Assembly (NCBI GenBank): GCA_963693365.1
Contig: CAVNZM010000017.1
Location: 5,570,708 to 5,634,707, forward strand
DNA: 64,000 nucleotides
Origin: Amoebidium appalachense
Taxonomy: Eukaryota > Protista > Ichthyosporea
Direction: 5' to 3'
Below are positions 1-17,200 of this stretch, piece after piece. Both the position numbers and the translations under genes were made by a program. The notes beneath the pieces were generated by a model, which was not told where the DNA came from, did no database searches, and was given only the letters and a program-made list of their open reading frames with translations. Within the stretch, counting starts at the first letter, position 1. The number at the start of each line of letters is the position of its first letter.

Positions 1-614
1 ACGCAAGGGCAACGGTTTTATTTTCTTCCTAACATAGAGGGGGCTGTGTGCATTGCAACCCAAGCAGTGTTGTGCATTCGTCCTTTCATTTTCGTATTTC
101 CAGTTCATTTTGCTTTCGTTTTTCGTTTTTTGTCGTTTGATAACTTCGTTACTTCGTTTTGTTTTCGTGTTGCATTCATTTCGTATTTCCTCTATGCAAT
201 CGTTTGTCGTTAATTCTTTATTTCAATGCGTATTCGTGATGGTTCGTTTTTCGTTGGTTCATTGCTTCGTTAGCAATTCTTTATTCGTTTGTTCGTGTAT
301 TCGTTGTTTCGTTGTGTATTCGTTTTTCTTCACATTTTTGATGTGTCGTAGCAAAAGAAGTTTTACATGCTTTCAATTCTTTCCGTGTAGGTGGGCTGGC
401 CACTTCAAACTTGTAGGTGTATATATTCTAAGCCGGACAAGGAAAGATGTGCCTATCATCGGGGTAAAAAGGATTGTGATCGGCCATGGGAGATTCTTGA
501 GCTGATTGAAAGATGTGAGATTCTTGAACTGATTGAAAGATGTGAGATTCGAAGGATGCGAGATTCTTGAACTGCGCGGTCGCCAATGTAAACAGTTGGC
601 AATGTATAACAGTG

Positions 615-631
615 TCCTGCCGCGGTCGCCA
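615..631 (-). promoter_or_regulatory. tRNA primer-binding site (TGGCGACCGCGGCAGGA)
   Basis: TGG-starting motif 1 nt after the LTR end, complementary to a tRNA-like 3' end UCCUGCCGCGGUCGCCA. tRNA identity not verified. A second partial LTR-end/PBS copy lies at ~575-599. Confidence 0.65.
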
Positions 632-632
632 A

Positions 633-1112
633 TGTCAACAGTTGGACTAGTTAGGATAAGGCAGAGTACAACTGAATCAAAATAAAGACAGAGAACGGGT
701 AGAAAGGCACACGCGGCCAGGTTGCTTTTACTATGGGCCGACTCAGTCTGTCTCAGACTTCACTGATGTGATCCCCGTACTGGGACGGCTTTCTTATATA
801 GCCCCCAGGTTTCGGATCAAGGCCCAGGATTGGTTCATCCGCGGCCAGCGCGGGTGGCAACATGCCATTTGTGATTCTGGTGCGGTCCGAGCCAGTCAGA
901 CCTTTGTCCTATTTATGCAAACCTCTTATTGGTTCACTTCGTTTATGTGGTATGCAGCTGAAGAACCATATATGGTTCAATTCTTAGGTCAGAGTGAGTC
1001 CTATTGGTGCGGACATAATATTTATGTGATATTCATGACAAAGCACGAATCGTGTGCTAGTAGATCACATTCTTTAGTAAACATGTACAGTTCATGTGTA
1101 CAGTTGTTTACA
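633..1112 (-). mobile_element. 5' LTR of an LTR retrotransposon (element continues off the left edge)
   Basis: On the minus strand it begins TGTAAACA and ends TGTTGACA (TG..CA with short inverted termini), has TATA-like CTATATAAG near 792-800, and is followed by a PBS. It interrupts a secreted-protein gene copy at 1112/1113. Confidence 0.7.
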
Positions 1113-1172
1113 CATAGTTAGGCAGGCAAGGACAACCGCCGCGACCGTGGCAGAGTTGCAACGGAAGAGCAT
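1113..1172 (-). pseudogene. Truncated copy of small secreted Cys-rich protein gene (signal peptide only)
   Basis: Near-identical to 2529-2588; cut off by the LTR. Confidence 0.7.
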
Positions 1173-1213
1173 TATTGCGAGTGAATTGGTCGGACCTCAT
1201 GGTCACTCATGGG

Positions 1214-1448
<235 letters not shown>

Positions 1449-1965
1449 CCTTGAAACTGTTTGGGGATTCCTCGAAGTGGCCACAGCATGAGGAGGGACC
1501 CCTAAGCTTCGGTGACACCAAAATAGACTTCATTTCAGTTAGATTGTGATGCCGCAACTCCGAATCGCCTCACGCTAAACTAAATACACCGTGATCCATA
1601 TGCATGAAAACCGCCGGTCTTGTGTAACAATCAGGGGTGTATATATTAACATCGTGTTGTATATAACTCACATTTTCAACCTTGCACGTCCCATTCTTCA
1701 GCTTGCCGAGGTAGTCCAAGACAACAGCGTCGACGGCTGTTGCATTGACGCATCCACCCTCGCCGAAGACTGGTTTCTTGCATAAGGTGCATTCAAGGCT
1801 TTCTTTCAACGCCCAGGATCCAACACTACACGTCGACTGACACATGCTCTGCGAAAACTGCAATGGAAAAAACTCATTATGAGTGAAAAAGCTGAGATGT
1901 ACCAAACTTTTAAGGACTTACAGTACCGTGAAAAGTACTAAGTTGATCATGAGGTACATTCTGCT

Positions 1966-2144
1966 GGGGAACCCAACCAATTGATTTTATTTTTAGTCTC
2001 TATGGTGCTTCATAGAGTAAGAAAACCCCTGATGATAATCATCACCCGACATATCTATGTGCTTGATCATAATATACCGAGCAAAACCCCCATACCTTAG
2101 ACTGTTATCTCAGGCTTTGCCTCGACTGTACAACGTAAACCCCC
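1966..2144 (+). repeat. Solo copy of ~190-bp dispersed repeat (LINE-associated tail)
   Basis: GGGGAACCC...CGTAAACCCC; homologous to the reverse complement of 4835-5030 and 20017-20205. Confidence 0.8.
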
Positions 2145-2291
2145 TATGTTGTCTCACTGATGCATCATGACTCGAAACCGAAGAATCATCGGATGTGTCA
2201 TCCTGACTCGGTGCCTCTTAGGCTCAATGGAGTGGCTAAATTTATGCGTGACGTGAACCGCAAGCATGTATTTATGGGATGAGACGATTAT

Positions 2292-2588
2292 TCATTTAGA
2301 GGGTCTTACCTTGTCCACCAGGCCACAAACTTTGTTTGAAAATTGCAACAGCTCGTCGTAGGTGCAGAACCCATCTGCCTCGCACACCTTTGCCGCAATG
2401 CACGTGTCATACACCAAGAAATCCGCCGTTGGGTCGCACATGGTCTTGAGCTTGTCCGCACACTTGCTTCTGATGCCGTCATTATTAGAGACCGGACCTG
2501 TGCCCGTGCTTATGTTCTGCGCATGGGCCATAGTTAGGCAGGCAAGGACAACTGCCGCGACGGTGGCGGAGTTGGGACGGAAGAGCAT
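2292..2588 (-). CDS. Small secreted cysteine-rich protein (98 aa)
   Basis: Signal-peptide-like N-terminus (..VAAVVLACLTMAHA-Q), 6 Cys in the mature part, intact paralog at 3575-3853. Confidence 0.75.
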   Translation of the reverse strand: MLFRPNSATVAAVVLACLTMAHAQNISTGTGPVSNNDGIRSKCADKLKTMCDPTADFLVYDTCIAAKVCEADGFCTYDELLQFSNKVCGLVDKVRPSK

Positions 2589-2630
2589 TGTTGCGAGAAA
2601 ATCGGATGGACCTGGTCACTATTTTGCTAC

Positions 2631-2721
<91 letters not shown>

Positions 2722-3234
2722 TTTGAAACTGCTTGGGGATTTCTCGAAGTGGCCACAGCATGATGATGGCAACCCTAAGCTTCATTGACACCGAAATAGA
2801 CTTCATTTCACTTGAATTGTGATGTAAGAACTCCGAATCGCCTCAGGCTAAACCAAATACACCGTGATCTGTATGCTTGAAAACCACCGGTCTTGGGTAA
2901 CAATCAGGGGTGTCACATAGTATATGGTATTGTCTTAATAAATATTACTCACACTTTCAGCCTTGCACGTTCCGTCCTTCAGCTTGCCAAGGTGGCCCAA
3001 GACAACAGCGTCAACGACTGTTGCATTGGCGCATCCACTCTCGTCGAAGACTGCTTTCTTGCACCTGGTGCAGTCAAGGTTTACTTTTCCTGTCACCCGG
3101 GATCGAAAACTGCACATCACCTGACACTTGCTCTCCGAATACTGCAACGGGAACAAACTCATAATCAATGATAAAGCTGAGGTGTACCAAAGGACTTATA
3201 GTACCGTGAAAACCTTAGTTGAGGAAGTTGTACT

Positions 3235-3426
3235 GGGGAACCCAACAAATTGATTTCTAGTAGCTAGTATGGTGCTTCATAGAGTAAGATTTAAACCCTG
3301 ATGATAATCATCGCCCGACGTATCCATGTACTTGATCATGATACACCGCTGAGGAGACATTCCAAGCAAAAACCCCCTTACCTAAGACTGATATCTCTTT
3401 GCCTCGACTGTACAGCGTAAACCCCC
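3235..3426 (+). repeat. Solo copy of ~190-bp dispersed repeat
   Basis: Homologous to 1966-2144 and to the reverse complement of 4835-5030. Confidence 0.8.
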
Positions 3427-3574
3427 TATGTTGTATCAGTGCTGCGGCATGCATCATGACTCGAAACCGAAGAATCGGGATGAAACCCGGTGCCTCTTAG
3501 GCTCAATGGAGTGGCTAAACCACATGCGTGACGTGAACCGCAATATGCATGTGTTTATGGGATAAGACGATTAA

Positions 3575-3853
3575 TCATTTCAAGGGTCTTACCCTGTCCA
3601 CCAAGCCGCAAACTTTGTTTGAAAATTGCAACAGCTCGTCGTAGATGCAGAACCCATTTGCCTCGCACACCTTTGCCGCAATGCACGTGTCATACACCAT
3701 GAAATCCGCCGTTGGGTCGCACATGGTCTTGAGCTTGTCCGCACACTTCCTGCTGATGCCGTCATTATTAGAGACCTGCGCATGGGCCATAGTTGCGCCG
3801 CAGGCAAGGACAACCGCCGCGACGGTGGCGAAGTTGAGACGGAAGACTGGCAT
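3575..3853 (-). CDS. Small secreted cysteine-rich protein paralog (92 aa)
   Basis: Same signal peptide and 6-Cys spacing as 2292-2588; indels preserve frame. Confidence 0.75.
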   Translation of the reverse strand: MPVFRLNFATVAAVVLACGATMAHAQVSNNDGISRKCADKLKTMCDPTADFMVYDTCIAAKVCEANGFCIYDELLQFSNKVCGLVDRVRPLK

Positions 3854-4379
3854 TGTTGTGAGTCAATCGGCGGGAAGCTGTTTATGCGTACACATATGTA
3901 CCGGACCGGTCTGCGTGGCGGATTAGGTTTGCTGGCGAAGAGAAGTTGATGTCTTCGTTAACACGACGGCCAGACAGCGAGAGGAAGGCGGCATCCTTCG
4001 GACTCGCGCAGGTTGTGTGTCTGCTCTATTCGAAAGTTTGAAGGTTTTATGCATGTGATTCGATCCACACCTATGGTTGCAAAACAAAATGACCCACGAA
4101 TAAGAAAGCATAAGGAAATGCCGCGACCCGTCACTATATGCATGCGCAGCCTATTTTCCACTAACAAGTCAGGCACTGCCAGCCCTTTGTAAAAAAGTTT
4201 TTCTAATAGATTCTGATGATAGTAAGCACATGAGTAAGAAATAAAAAATATATTTGGAGAAATTAGTGATCATAAGGTAGCATGACTGGTCTCTTACGCA
4301 ATCGTCGAATGTAACATCCACCAATTCCAGCCAATCAAATACTACTATGCACTTTCCACCAGGGCCAAAAACGAATTTC

Positions 4380-4639
4380 ACACCCTGGCCCCAGCCCTCC
4401 CGCCCAAGTTGTGAAATTATTGGTTGATGGCCAGAAAAATATCCCCAAAGCCCGAAAAATGTCCTTATTACTTTTTAAGGTTAGGTCAACCATTATTTAA
4501 TTAGCAGGGCCAAATAGGCGCAAATTCACCTAAAAACGGTTGTTATCTCTATTAGGGCGTATCAGGTTCGTGGAAAGTTGCCAAAATGGCCTAATAGAAG
4601 ATGCAAGGCGAAAACATATTTCACAACCTGCCAGGGTGT
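4380..4639. mobile_element. Possible MITE
   Basis: Terminal inverted ACACCCTGGC/GCCAGGGTGT plus subterminal GTTGTGAAAT/ATTTCACAAC; no clear TSD. Confidence 0.35.
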
Positions 4640-4834
4640 ACAACCTTCAGCCAATCAACCATGTGAATTCATCAGGGTGCGGTAACTGCGGTTGCCCAGG
4701 TTTGGCCGCCTTGATCGTTTTACCTCAAACGGTATCGTATTGTCGGAAAGTCTTAAGCGTATTGATGGGGTGTTTTTCAAATTAGACTTGCATAAACCCT
4801 AACAGTTTTGTAATTCTAGATACTAATATCGTAT

Positions 4835-5029
4835 GGGGTTTACGCTGTTTACTCGAGGCAAAGAGAACCAGTCTCAGGTATGGGGGGGGGGGGTTTGCTC
4901 GGAATATCCCCTCAGCGGTATATCATGATCACGTACATAGATGTCGGGTGGTGACTATATATCAGGGTTTACTTTCTCTACGAGACACCATAAAGACTAC
5001 AAGGAGAAATCAATTAGTTGGGGTTCCCC

Positions 5030-5074
<45 letters not shown>

Positions 5075-5106
5075 GGGCTCCCCTCGGGACACTCGGTATC
5101 AGCTGG

Positions 5107-5159
<53 letters not shown>

Positions 5160-6694
5160 TGTGTGTGTGTGCGCGTGCGCTATAATTTTGTAGTGATGTG
5201 TTTCTCAAGCCAATCAATACATCTAATAAACAGGTCGTAGTTACGCGTGTTTAGTATAAAATCAAGGATGTTGTAATTTACAGGTAGGCTATCTTTCTGG
5301 GTGTCTGTTGTGAATGTGACGTGTGTGTGTTGCGGTATTATGTGGTCTATCAAACTACATTTGGCGATACATGACCGGTTAAACTGGTGTGTGTGTGTGT
5401 TGTTTGGGCATGCAAATGATGCCACCTTATACTTATTAGATCTCCACTGTATAGCACGTGTACAGTAAAAGCGTGGTAATTGATCAATAATACCATCAGC
5501 TAGAGAAAGACCAGTTCTACAGGAAGGTAATATGTATTTAGGTGTTATACACTTGCGAGTGCCATATTTGGCAATATGGTTGAGGCGGTCAGTATATATA
5601 AAACGAGACATAAGGCTTAGTTTTTCAAGGTGTATGCTTTCATCGGGTCTAGTGTCGTTTGGTATCTTTTTCCATTTGTTATATTGCGTGATTATCTTGT
5701 GATTGTGTACATGTTTAATAAGTAAGTGGCAGTCCAAAGTCACACACACACTATTGCGGGGTTTATTTGTATTTGTGCCCAGGGGAGAAGGGGAGAGAGA
5801 GGGGAGGAAAGAGGGGAGAGGTGAGGAGGGGACAGGTCGGATAGAGAAGAGAGGGTGGGAGGGCAAATACTTCTTTAAGCGGCTTATGTGCTTATTGAAT
5901 TTCAGCGCGAGATAGGATACTCTAGCAGCTATTGGGACCAGACCATATATCGAGAGCGTTACAGGCCCAGGTTTACAACAGTTGTTCGATAGAAAGGAGG
6001 CAACTTCTGCTTCAAGGAAATTTGCCAAGGGTTTAAGCGCTCTAGTTCTCTCTTTCTTGATCCAAGCGGCGAGAAGGGGTAAACCATATTCACATGCCGG
6101 GAAGACAAAAGTGCGAATAAATGTAAGTCTAATAGAAGGATGGAGGGGTGTGTCTTTAAAAATATTAGCCGAGAAGAAAGCTAACCGCTTACGAGCCAAC
6201 TCTACCCTCTTTTCGACCATATGGGGAAACATAACACCAACAGAATCAACCGGAACACCAAGATATTTGTATTCTGGAACTATAGGTACAGGTTTAGATG
6301 ATAATGTAAATGTGTGTAAATTGTTAGCTATATCAGGTACAAGAACACCACATTTGTCTATGTTAAGGATCATAAGGTTTGCCTTGCACCACTCTGACAC
6401 TACATCGAACAATCTTTGCAGGCGTCTAGGGGTACGGGCAAGGAGGGACAGATCATCAGCATAGAGAAGTGCAGGCGGAAAGTTATTAATAGGGTCATCG
6501 TTTTCGGCGTAAATCTTGACAGCCAAATCATCTATAAATAGGTTAAACAAAAAGGGGCTAAGCAATGAGCCCTGCAAGAGACCTCTAGTACGAGCAAAAC
6601 CATATGAAAGATGCCCATTAACCACAGCTCTACCATAGGTTTATAAAACTATTACTTCACTAATAATATGGAGCCCTAAAAGAGAAAACAGGGC
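4835..6694 (-). mobile_element. 5'-truncated non-LTR retrotransposon with internal poly(A) and ~190-bp 3' tail, copy 1
   Basis: RT ORF, (CA)n UTR, poly(A) at 5031-5070; 7-bp direct repeat ATCGTAT at 4828-4834 and 6695-6701. Confidence 0.85.
5180..6625 (-). CDS. Non-LTR retrotransposon reverse transcriptase, C-terminal part
   Basis: Motifs GLLQGSLLSPFLFNLFIDDL, LLYADDL, NIDKC, YKYLGV; C-terminal Cys/His cluster. Confidence 0.92.
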   Translation of the reverse strand: MVNGHLSYGFARTRGLLQGSLLSPFLFNLFIDDLAVKIYAENDDPINNFPPALLYADDLSLLARTPRRLQRLFDVVSEWCKANLMILNIDKCGVLVPDIANNLHTFTLSSKPVPIVPEYKYLGVPVDSVGVMFPHMVEKRVELARKRLAFFSANIFKDTPLHPSIRLTFIRTFVFPACEYGLPLLAAWIKKERTRALKPLANFLEAEVASFLSNNCCKPGPVTLSIYGLVPIAARVSYLALKFNKHISRLKKYLPSHPLFSIRPVPSSPLPSFLPSLSPSPLGTNTNKPRNSVCVTLDCHLLIKHVHNHKIITQYNKWKKIPNDTRPDESIHLEKLSLMSRFIYTDRLNHIAKYGTRKCITPKYILPSCRTGLSLADGIIDQLPRFYCTRAIQWRSNKYKVASFACPNNTHTHQFNRSCIAKCSLIDHIIPQHTHVTFTTDTQKDSLPVNYNILDFILNTRNYDLFIRCIDWLEKHITTKL

Positions 6695-8138
6695 ATCGTA
6701 TTCTTCTTTTCAAGCGCAAGAAATACCAACAGATCACTTTTTTATGGAAATCATTCATTTTTCATACATAAAAACATGAAACTACACACTTGGAGCCTAT
6801 ATAATTGATACGAACGGTGAATACGGCACCCTACAGTGCTAACCGTATTGGTCCCTGTGCTTAATCGTATTTTGGGCCTCAAAAGATTCGTAAGGCAAAC
6901 CCTGGAATTCATTACGTTTTCCTCAAAAGATTCGTAAGGCAAACCCTGGAATTCATTACGTTTTCACCCATCATATCGAACCATTGTTTAACTGAAGCAT
7001 ACCACTGAATAAACAAAATATTTACTCGAATACTTGCATACATCTGTCCCGCTGCCAGTATTATTTCTCAGACTGAGCAGTAGAGATTTCCCTTCACTCC
7101 CATAACTATAACATAAAGTAAGAGAAATAATCAAAAACCAGTATAATATTTATTTCTCCCTTTTGTTTTTGGAATCTAGCATGGCATACATTATAATGGT
7201 CTTTGATCCTACAGCACCGTACTGTCCGCGATGGAGTCACAGGCTGTTGCGAACTTGCGAATTCCGAAGATATCGTGGAATGTGACTTATAATTACTAGC
7301 CACGATCGGATAACGAAGAATACATGGCACATACAATAGTCACACGTGAGAATATATGGCACATAGTCACACGTGAGGCGTTTTTATTGTTTTAAATGTT
7401 TTTCTGTTTATATTACATTTGCTGTGAGTCCATTCATACTACGAAATGGTCAAGCCACGGTGTAGATGTCATAGCTGGTCGGTGCCATGGTATCGTGGCC
7501 CGGGGATAAAAAAAGCCTTTGGGTGACACAACTTCGCATGCTCACGGCCTTGAATATAACCGCTCGAGGACGTCAAACAAAGTTTTCCGAAAGTTTTGCG
7601 TATAAACTTTTTATTTCCTGTGTTAAATTTGCCTTCTAAACTCATCTGCCGTTATTTGGACTGTAACTTGAACACCCTTTTTCGCCTTTCATGGTAGCAA
7701 TATTCTATTTCTGTATGCACTGTCTACATGTCAGGTGTCACGAAATACTATTTGAGCCACTGTGTATTTGAAAACACTCGATCGATTGGTTGATTTTAGC
7801 ATTGCCTCTCTTTGCAATTGCATACTATATTCCTACTTTTTTTATTGTTTTATAAAAACATATGTATTACCAACTTCACCAACATCGAAATTCGTCTCTT
7901 CACGAATTAACGGCCAACAACGTCCAGATCATTACAATTTCTCTAAAGCAGTCAATTTACTTCACCTCGTAGATGACTGGCACTGACAGACCCCTACATA
8001 ATGCATTTGTGCAGGGGGGTGACTAAAACTAAGATAATTTGAGAAAAATGCCAATCCCCCCCCCCCCCCCCCCCTCAAAAAAAAAAAAAATAAGATATAT
8101 AGGGTCTACCAAACCTGGTGCATCTTTTTTTTTTTTTT

Positions 8139-8169
<31 letters not shown>

Positions 8170-8316
8170 GGGGGGTTGATGATGATGATGGTGCACAGAA
8201 CAAGCGGCACTGATCATGACCATGTTTTGTCGGCTACTAGAAGGATATTATGCATTGCTAACGCTATACCACGCTCACCGCCCTGGTTGTTTTCACTATT
8301 AACTGAGTGTTCCAAG

Positions 8317-8362
<46 letters not shown>

Positions 8363-8452
8363 GGACTTGGGGGGAGTTGGAGTTGAAGGGTGGGGGAGGC
8401 TGATCATCCGGATTCGAACCACAAACTGTTTTGAAAGGGGGTGTTGGGGGGG

Positions 8453-8486
<34 letters not shown>

Positions 8487-8596
8487 TTTTGCAGGAGTGG
8501 TGTTTGGAAGCTCAGGCTGAACAATAGTAATCTTATTGCCTTTCTCTAACTCTGGCTCTGGCTCTTTTCTTTCCTATTCTATCCCACGAAGTGTTT

Positions 8597-8635
<39 letters not shown>

Positions 8636-8718
8636 CTTGTATTAAGCAACCTTGAGTTCATGCGGATGAAATGATAAGGCAGGCAAATGTATTCACTGTA
8701 TTCGAATTTTAGGATTCT

Positions 8719-8975
8719 CTGCAGACCCGACACATGTTAGTCATTATCTAGGAAAACCGTGTAGCCTACTGGAGTCACAGTGTTATATATAATTATATAA
8801 TTTACATATTCCTTGTATTGCATTGTCTGGCTAACGCTAGCAAAAAAGTGGTAGTACTAGTTGCGATTTTCTGACAGTGTGATATATAGCCAATGATCGA
8901 TCTTTTCCTCGTGATTTGATTGGCCCAGGCTAACACTATAGCTTTTGAACTTGGGCCAGCCTGACGGGTCTGCAG
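8719..8975. mobile_element. Possible MITE
   Basis: 11-bp inverted termini CTGCAGACCCG/CGGGTCTGCAG around an AT-rich interior. Confidence 0.3.
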
Positions 8976-9799
8976 TCCAAATAATAAAATTTTAAATCAA
9001 ATTAATATAGTAATATAATAATAAAAATGCCACTGCAGTTTACTCTCACAGTTTTCTCCTTTCTAGAATTGACTATTTAAATGCCTTTTAAGCGGCTTAC
9101 TAAACGGACATTTTTCCACGGTCAATAAAATCGGTGAGCAGAACCTGAAACAGAGACTGAATCACGAAATATTCAAACATTGAAAGACACTCGCATGAAA
9201 CCTTACTAAATTTGGTAGGTGTGCATTGGCCTCAAGTTGCCCCACCGCGCGCGCACACACACGCACACACTTCAACACGTAGTTTATTCAAACGTATCAG
9301 GTCCTGAACAAACATATACCACACACGCACACGAGGTGACCAAACTTTGACCAGCGATGAGCACCCGAAATATGCATGCTGCGATATTGCTGATATATCA
9401 ACCACACCACACCCACGTACATTAACCCACCACACAGAGTCTACGCGGACCGTACTCAGAACGGTGACTGCCGCACGATGATCTTGCCCCCAATCTTTCA
9501 TAATTTAGAAATACTGTCCGTTACGTGTGTGTGTGTGTGTGTGTCTGTGTTGTGTGTGTGGGTGTGTGCGTGCGGGCATGATGCATGTGCATTTACTTGT
9601 GTAAATAACATGTTAAATAAGCACTGCGAGGGAGGGAGGCCCCGCGGGGGGGGGGGGGGGGGGGGGGGGGGGGAAGGAGGGGGAGAGAGAGAGAGGGGGG
9701 GGGGAGGGGGGAGGGGGGGAGGGGAGGGGGAGGTGAGTGGGGCGGGTGGGGTTAATGGGGGGGGGGGGGGGGGGGCGTTACTAATGTTAATTAAAGAGC

Positions 9800-13600
<3,801 letters not shown>

Positions 13601-14244
13601 CCTTTGCATGTGTGTTTATAAAAACACAGCCCAGATAACAAAACTCTCGCAAATTTCCACATCTTACGATGTTTATTTTTGGGAGTGGACATACACGCAC
13701 GCACGCACACACACCCCACCCCCCAAACAGACACACGGTGTCTTGCCGTCCATCAGTTACAACTGCCGACACCAAAAAAAAAAACACCCCTTCCCTCCGC
13801 CTCCCCCTACCCCCCCCCACAAAACAAAACACGCAACACAGAAATGTAAGGCCTATCAACACACAAAACAACCAGTTAAACAAAGCTCTCGTTAGATAAA
13901 TGCTGGATATAGGATGGAGGAATGGGAAAGAAGGGGGCCGGGGAGGGAGGGAAAGGAGGGGGAGAGAGAAGGTCTTATGTTCATTCACACCCATAACAGT
14001 CTAAGAAAAGGCTTAGTTGAAAACACTTCACCACGAGTCAACCCCCCACAAAAACTAACCCCGAAAAAATAAAACAGAAAAACGAACCTCCATGCCCGAA
14101 AAGAGTACAGCAAACGCAATACAGCACATCAGCCTATACAATCAAAAGCCAGCGAGCGTCACCCAAAGTCGCAACCTACTATCATTAGCAAACCCTAGCA
14201 TGCCAAACTCCGGTAAATACAACTCCGTTTTCCGTAATTTAGCT

Positions 14245-17200
14245 CTACTTTTTGGCGGGTTTCCTGTATGTTCCGACCACCACGGCGTGATCGCGCTCGT
14301 AGGGTTCCAACGTGAGCTGCTCCTCCGGCTTCATGTCCATCTTTTTCATCTTCTGGATTTCGCTGGCAAAAACCACCTCAGCTTCCACCGTGCTGTCAAT
14401 GCAGTTGGCCTGCACAGAACCGGAAAACGTTAAGAAAAACATCGGAATGTTGGGGGGAAAAGGAAGCACAATAGGAGAAAACGGGCTGGAAAAAAAACGG
14501 AATGTTGAAAAGCCGCAAACAGAATAGCTGAAAACGGTCAGAAGAACACGGGAATGTTGGGGAAAAAGGGGAAGCAGTGATGTAGGAACATGATAGTGCA
14601 TGCGTGCAGAGATGGAGCGAATCGAAACGACGGCTGGTGATGTCGAGTACGATGCAAAACGAACATGCCAAACACTTTTGCAATACTACGCGTGTGCAGC
14701 ACAGAAAAATACCTCAGGGAAGGAGAGACAGGGACGTGTGCTTTAATGTAAGCGCCCAAGTATTCTGGGGCAGTTCGCACTTCCATTTTGTGACCCGAAC
14801 GTGTGCTCGCTTGTGCCTAACAATGGTGGTGGTGGTGGTGTGCGTGTTTGTCTGTGGTGTGCATGCGTGTGTGTGGAGGGGAAAGGGCGGAAAATTGCCC
14901 CCCCCCCCAACAAAAACATTACATATATAAGAGAAAGAGAGAGGGGGGGGGGGGGGGGGGGGGGGGGGGTTTGAATGCGTCAAAAAGTACAAAGTACACA
15001 AGAACAAACGGATAACACGATGCAGAATGCAAGCCATACATAAAGAGTATGCATAATAAGCAGAGCCCATCCTCAGGGGGGGCCCACGTCATCCACAGTA
15101 CCCGAGTTTCGACCTATTCCCCTCGTTAACGAAACCCAACTCAGATACTGTTTCACTTGAACATGAGTAGGTCACCCGTCTTGATCAGAGACGAGCAGGG
15201 TTGCTTATGCAGGCAAGGGCAGTGGGAAAGGCCGGGGGTTAAAGTTGGGGGGGGGGGGGGGGTTAGTATGGTCATCTCTACACACCTTAATGGAGATAAC
15301 AAACTTGCCCTCGTTCTTCAAGAAGTACTCAGCATTCAACCCCACAATACGCGCCTGGTCGGGCTGGGCCACATCAGCAAACACGCAGTCCACCATGCCC
15401 ACAAGCATGCGGTACTTGTGCGGGTGGCGTGCATCCTCAATGATGGGGATGATGTTGGTGCGCTTCTTGGCTACGTTGAGAAGGTCGCGGCCTGAACGGT
15501 GGCTGAACTCAACGGCGTAAACGAGACCCTCCTGTTAGGGGGGAAAAGGAAGGGAGGATGAGGAGGAGGAGGAGGAGGAGGAGGAGGAGGGGGGGGGAGG
15601 GAGGGAAGGGGGAGAGAGGGCGGGTAAGTTCCTGTGTTGTTCTGTGTGTGTGTATGTGTGTGTATGAAAGGGAGGCTAGGTTTTGAAGCGGCACAAATCA
15701 CAAGGTAAACAGTCACACTGGCCAACGTGATGCCGTTAGGTAGGACACGAAACACAAAAACATTGTTGTACAACCGTTTCTTCCCAACTGCAAATACAGA
15801 TGATTGGGCGTCAAAAATACCTCCCTCCCGAGCTATGGACAAGAGACTGCCATAAGAAGAAGTGTGGTGTACACGTGCACACACAAGCACCCTTACAAAC
15901 AGGCACAGCGCACACCACCGTTCTACCACACACCGGCATTCCATTCCTGCATGGGGCCCAAAGAAAAAATAAAAACACTGAACAAATCTTTCTGCACACA
16001 CAGCCACTAAAAAGAAACACTCGTTTGACACACACACACACACACGCACATATATATATATAGAGAGAGAGGGAGAGAGAAAGAGAAAAGCGTAAGATAC
16101 ATATGCACACACCACACACAGAGGAAGCGGGAAAAGGGTGAGACACATTTACACACAACACACAAAGCAAGAGAAGGGGAAGACAAAGAGGACTAAGCCA
16201 CATACCGGCCCGACGAGGTCAGAGACGTGTGAGACGGTAGTACCAGATGCAGCGCCCAGATAGAGCACCTTAGAGCCAGGGGCCATGTGGATGCTGTCCA
16301 CACCACCAACAATGGCAGCGGCCAACTTGGAGCGGAAGGGGTTCCACACACGGTACTCAACCTTCTCACCTCCATCAACACCCTGCACGTGTATGCGTGT
16401 ACGTGTGTGTGTGGTGGAAGATGTGTGTTTATGGTAGTGGTAGAGTCTCTCTCTCTGTGTGTGTGTGTACGTGTGTGTGTGTGTGTGTGTGTAAGGGAGG
16501 GGAGGGGAGGGGGGGGGGGGGGGGGAGGAAAGGAGAGTGTTGGTTAAAATACGATGCAGAGTATGAAGTACACATTCATGATGGACAGCACGATGCATAT
16601 TGCAAAGTAACATAAGTAACCAAGCAGCAAACACGCTGTATCCGTCGCTCAAATGCACGTGTACAGAGATGACCACAAGCACACTAGATAAAAAACCCAC
16701 ACGTGCAAGCAACAAGACAATCACGTGTACACTCGACGAGAGACACAGACGCACAAACGAGCGATGTGTGCACATGCACAAGCACAACGAGAGTGTCCAC
16801 ACATATGCCTTACTAATATGCGCATCAACACACAAAGGCACAAGTAAACCCACATACACACACACACGCACCCATATACACATGGGCACGCCCGCACACA
16901 TAAATATGCGGACAACCTTGTACAAGCACACACACACACACACATGCAACCACATACAAGCACACACACACCCTGCTCGTGCACGCACACGTGCAACCAG
17001 ACACACACACAGGCATACATACACACCTCAACGCTAATGCGCTTCTCGCCGTAGACAGAGTCGCCCGGAGCCATGTTCTTGGTCACAATGGCATCATCCT
17101 TGCCGCGGGCAATGAACACACCGGGGTAGCGGTGGGGCTCGACAATAACCTTGGCCCCTCCCCTCATACCACCTGCACACCAAAACAAAACAAAAAGGAC

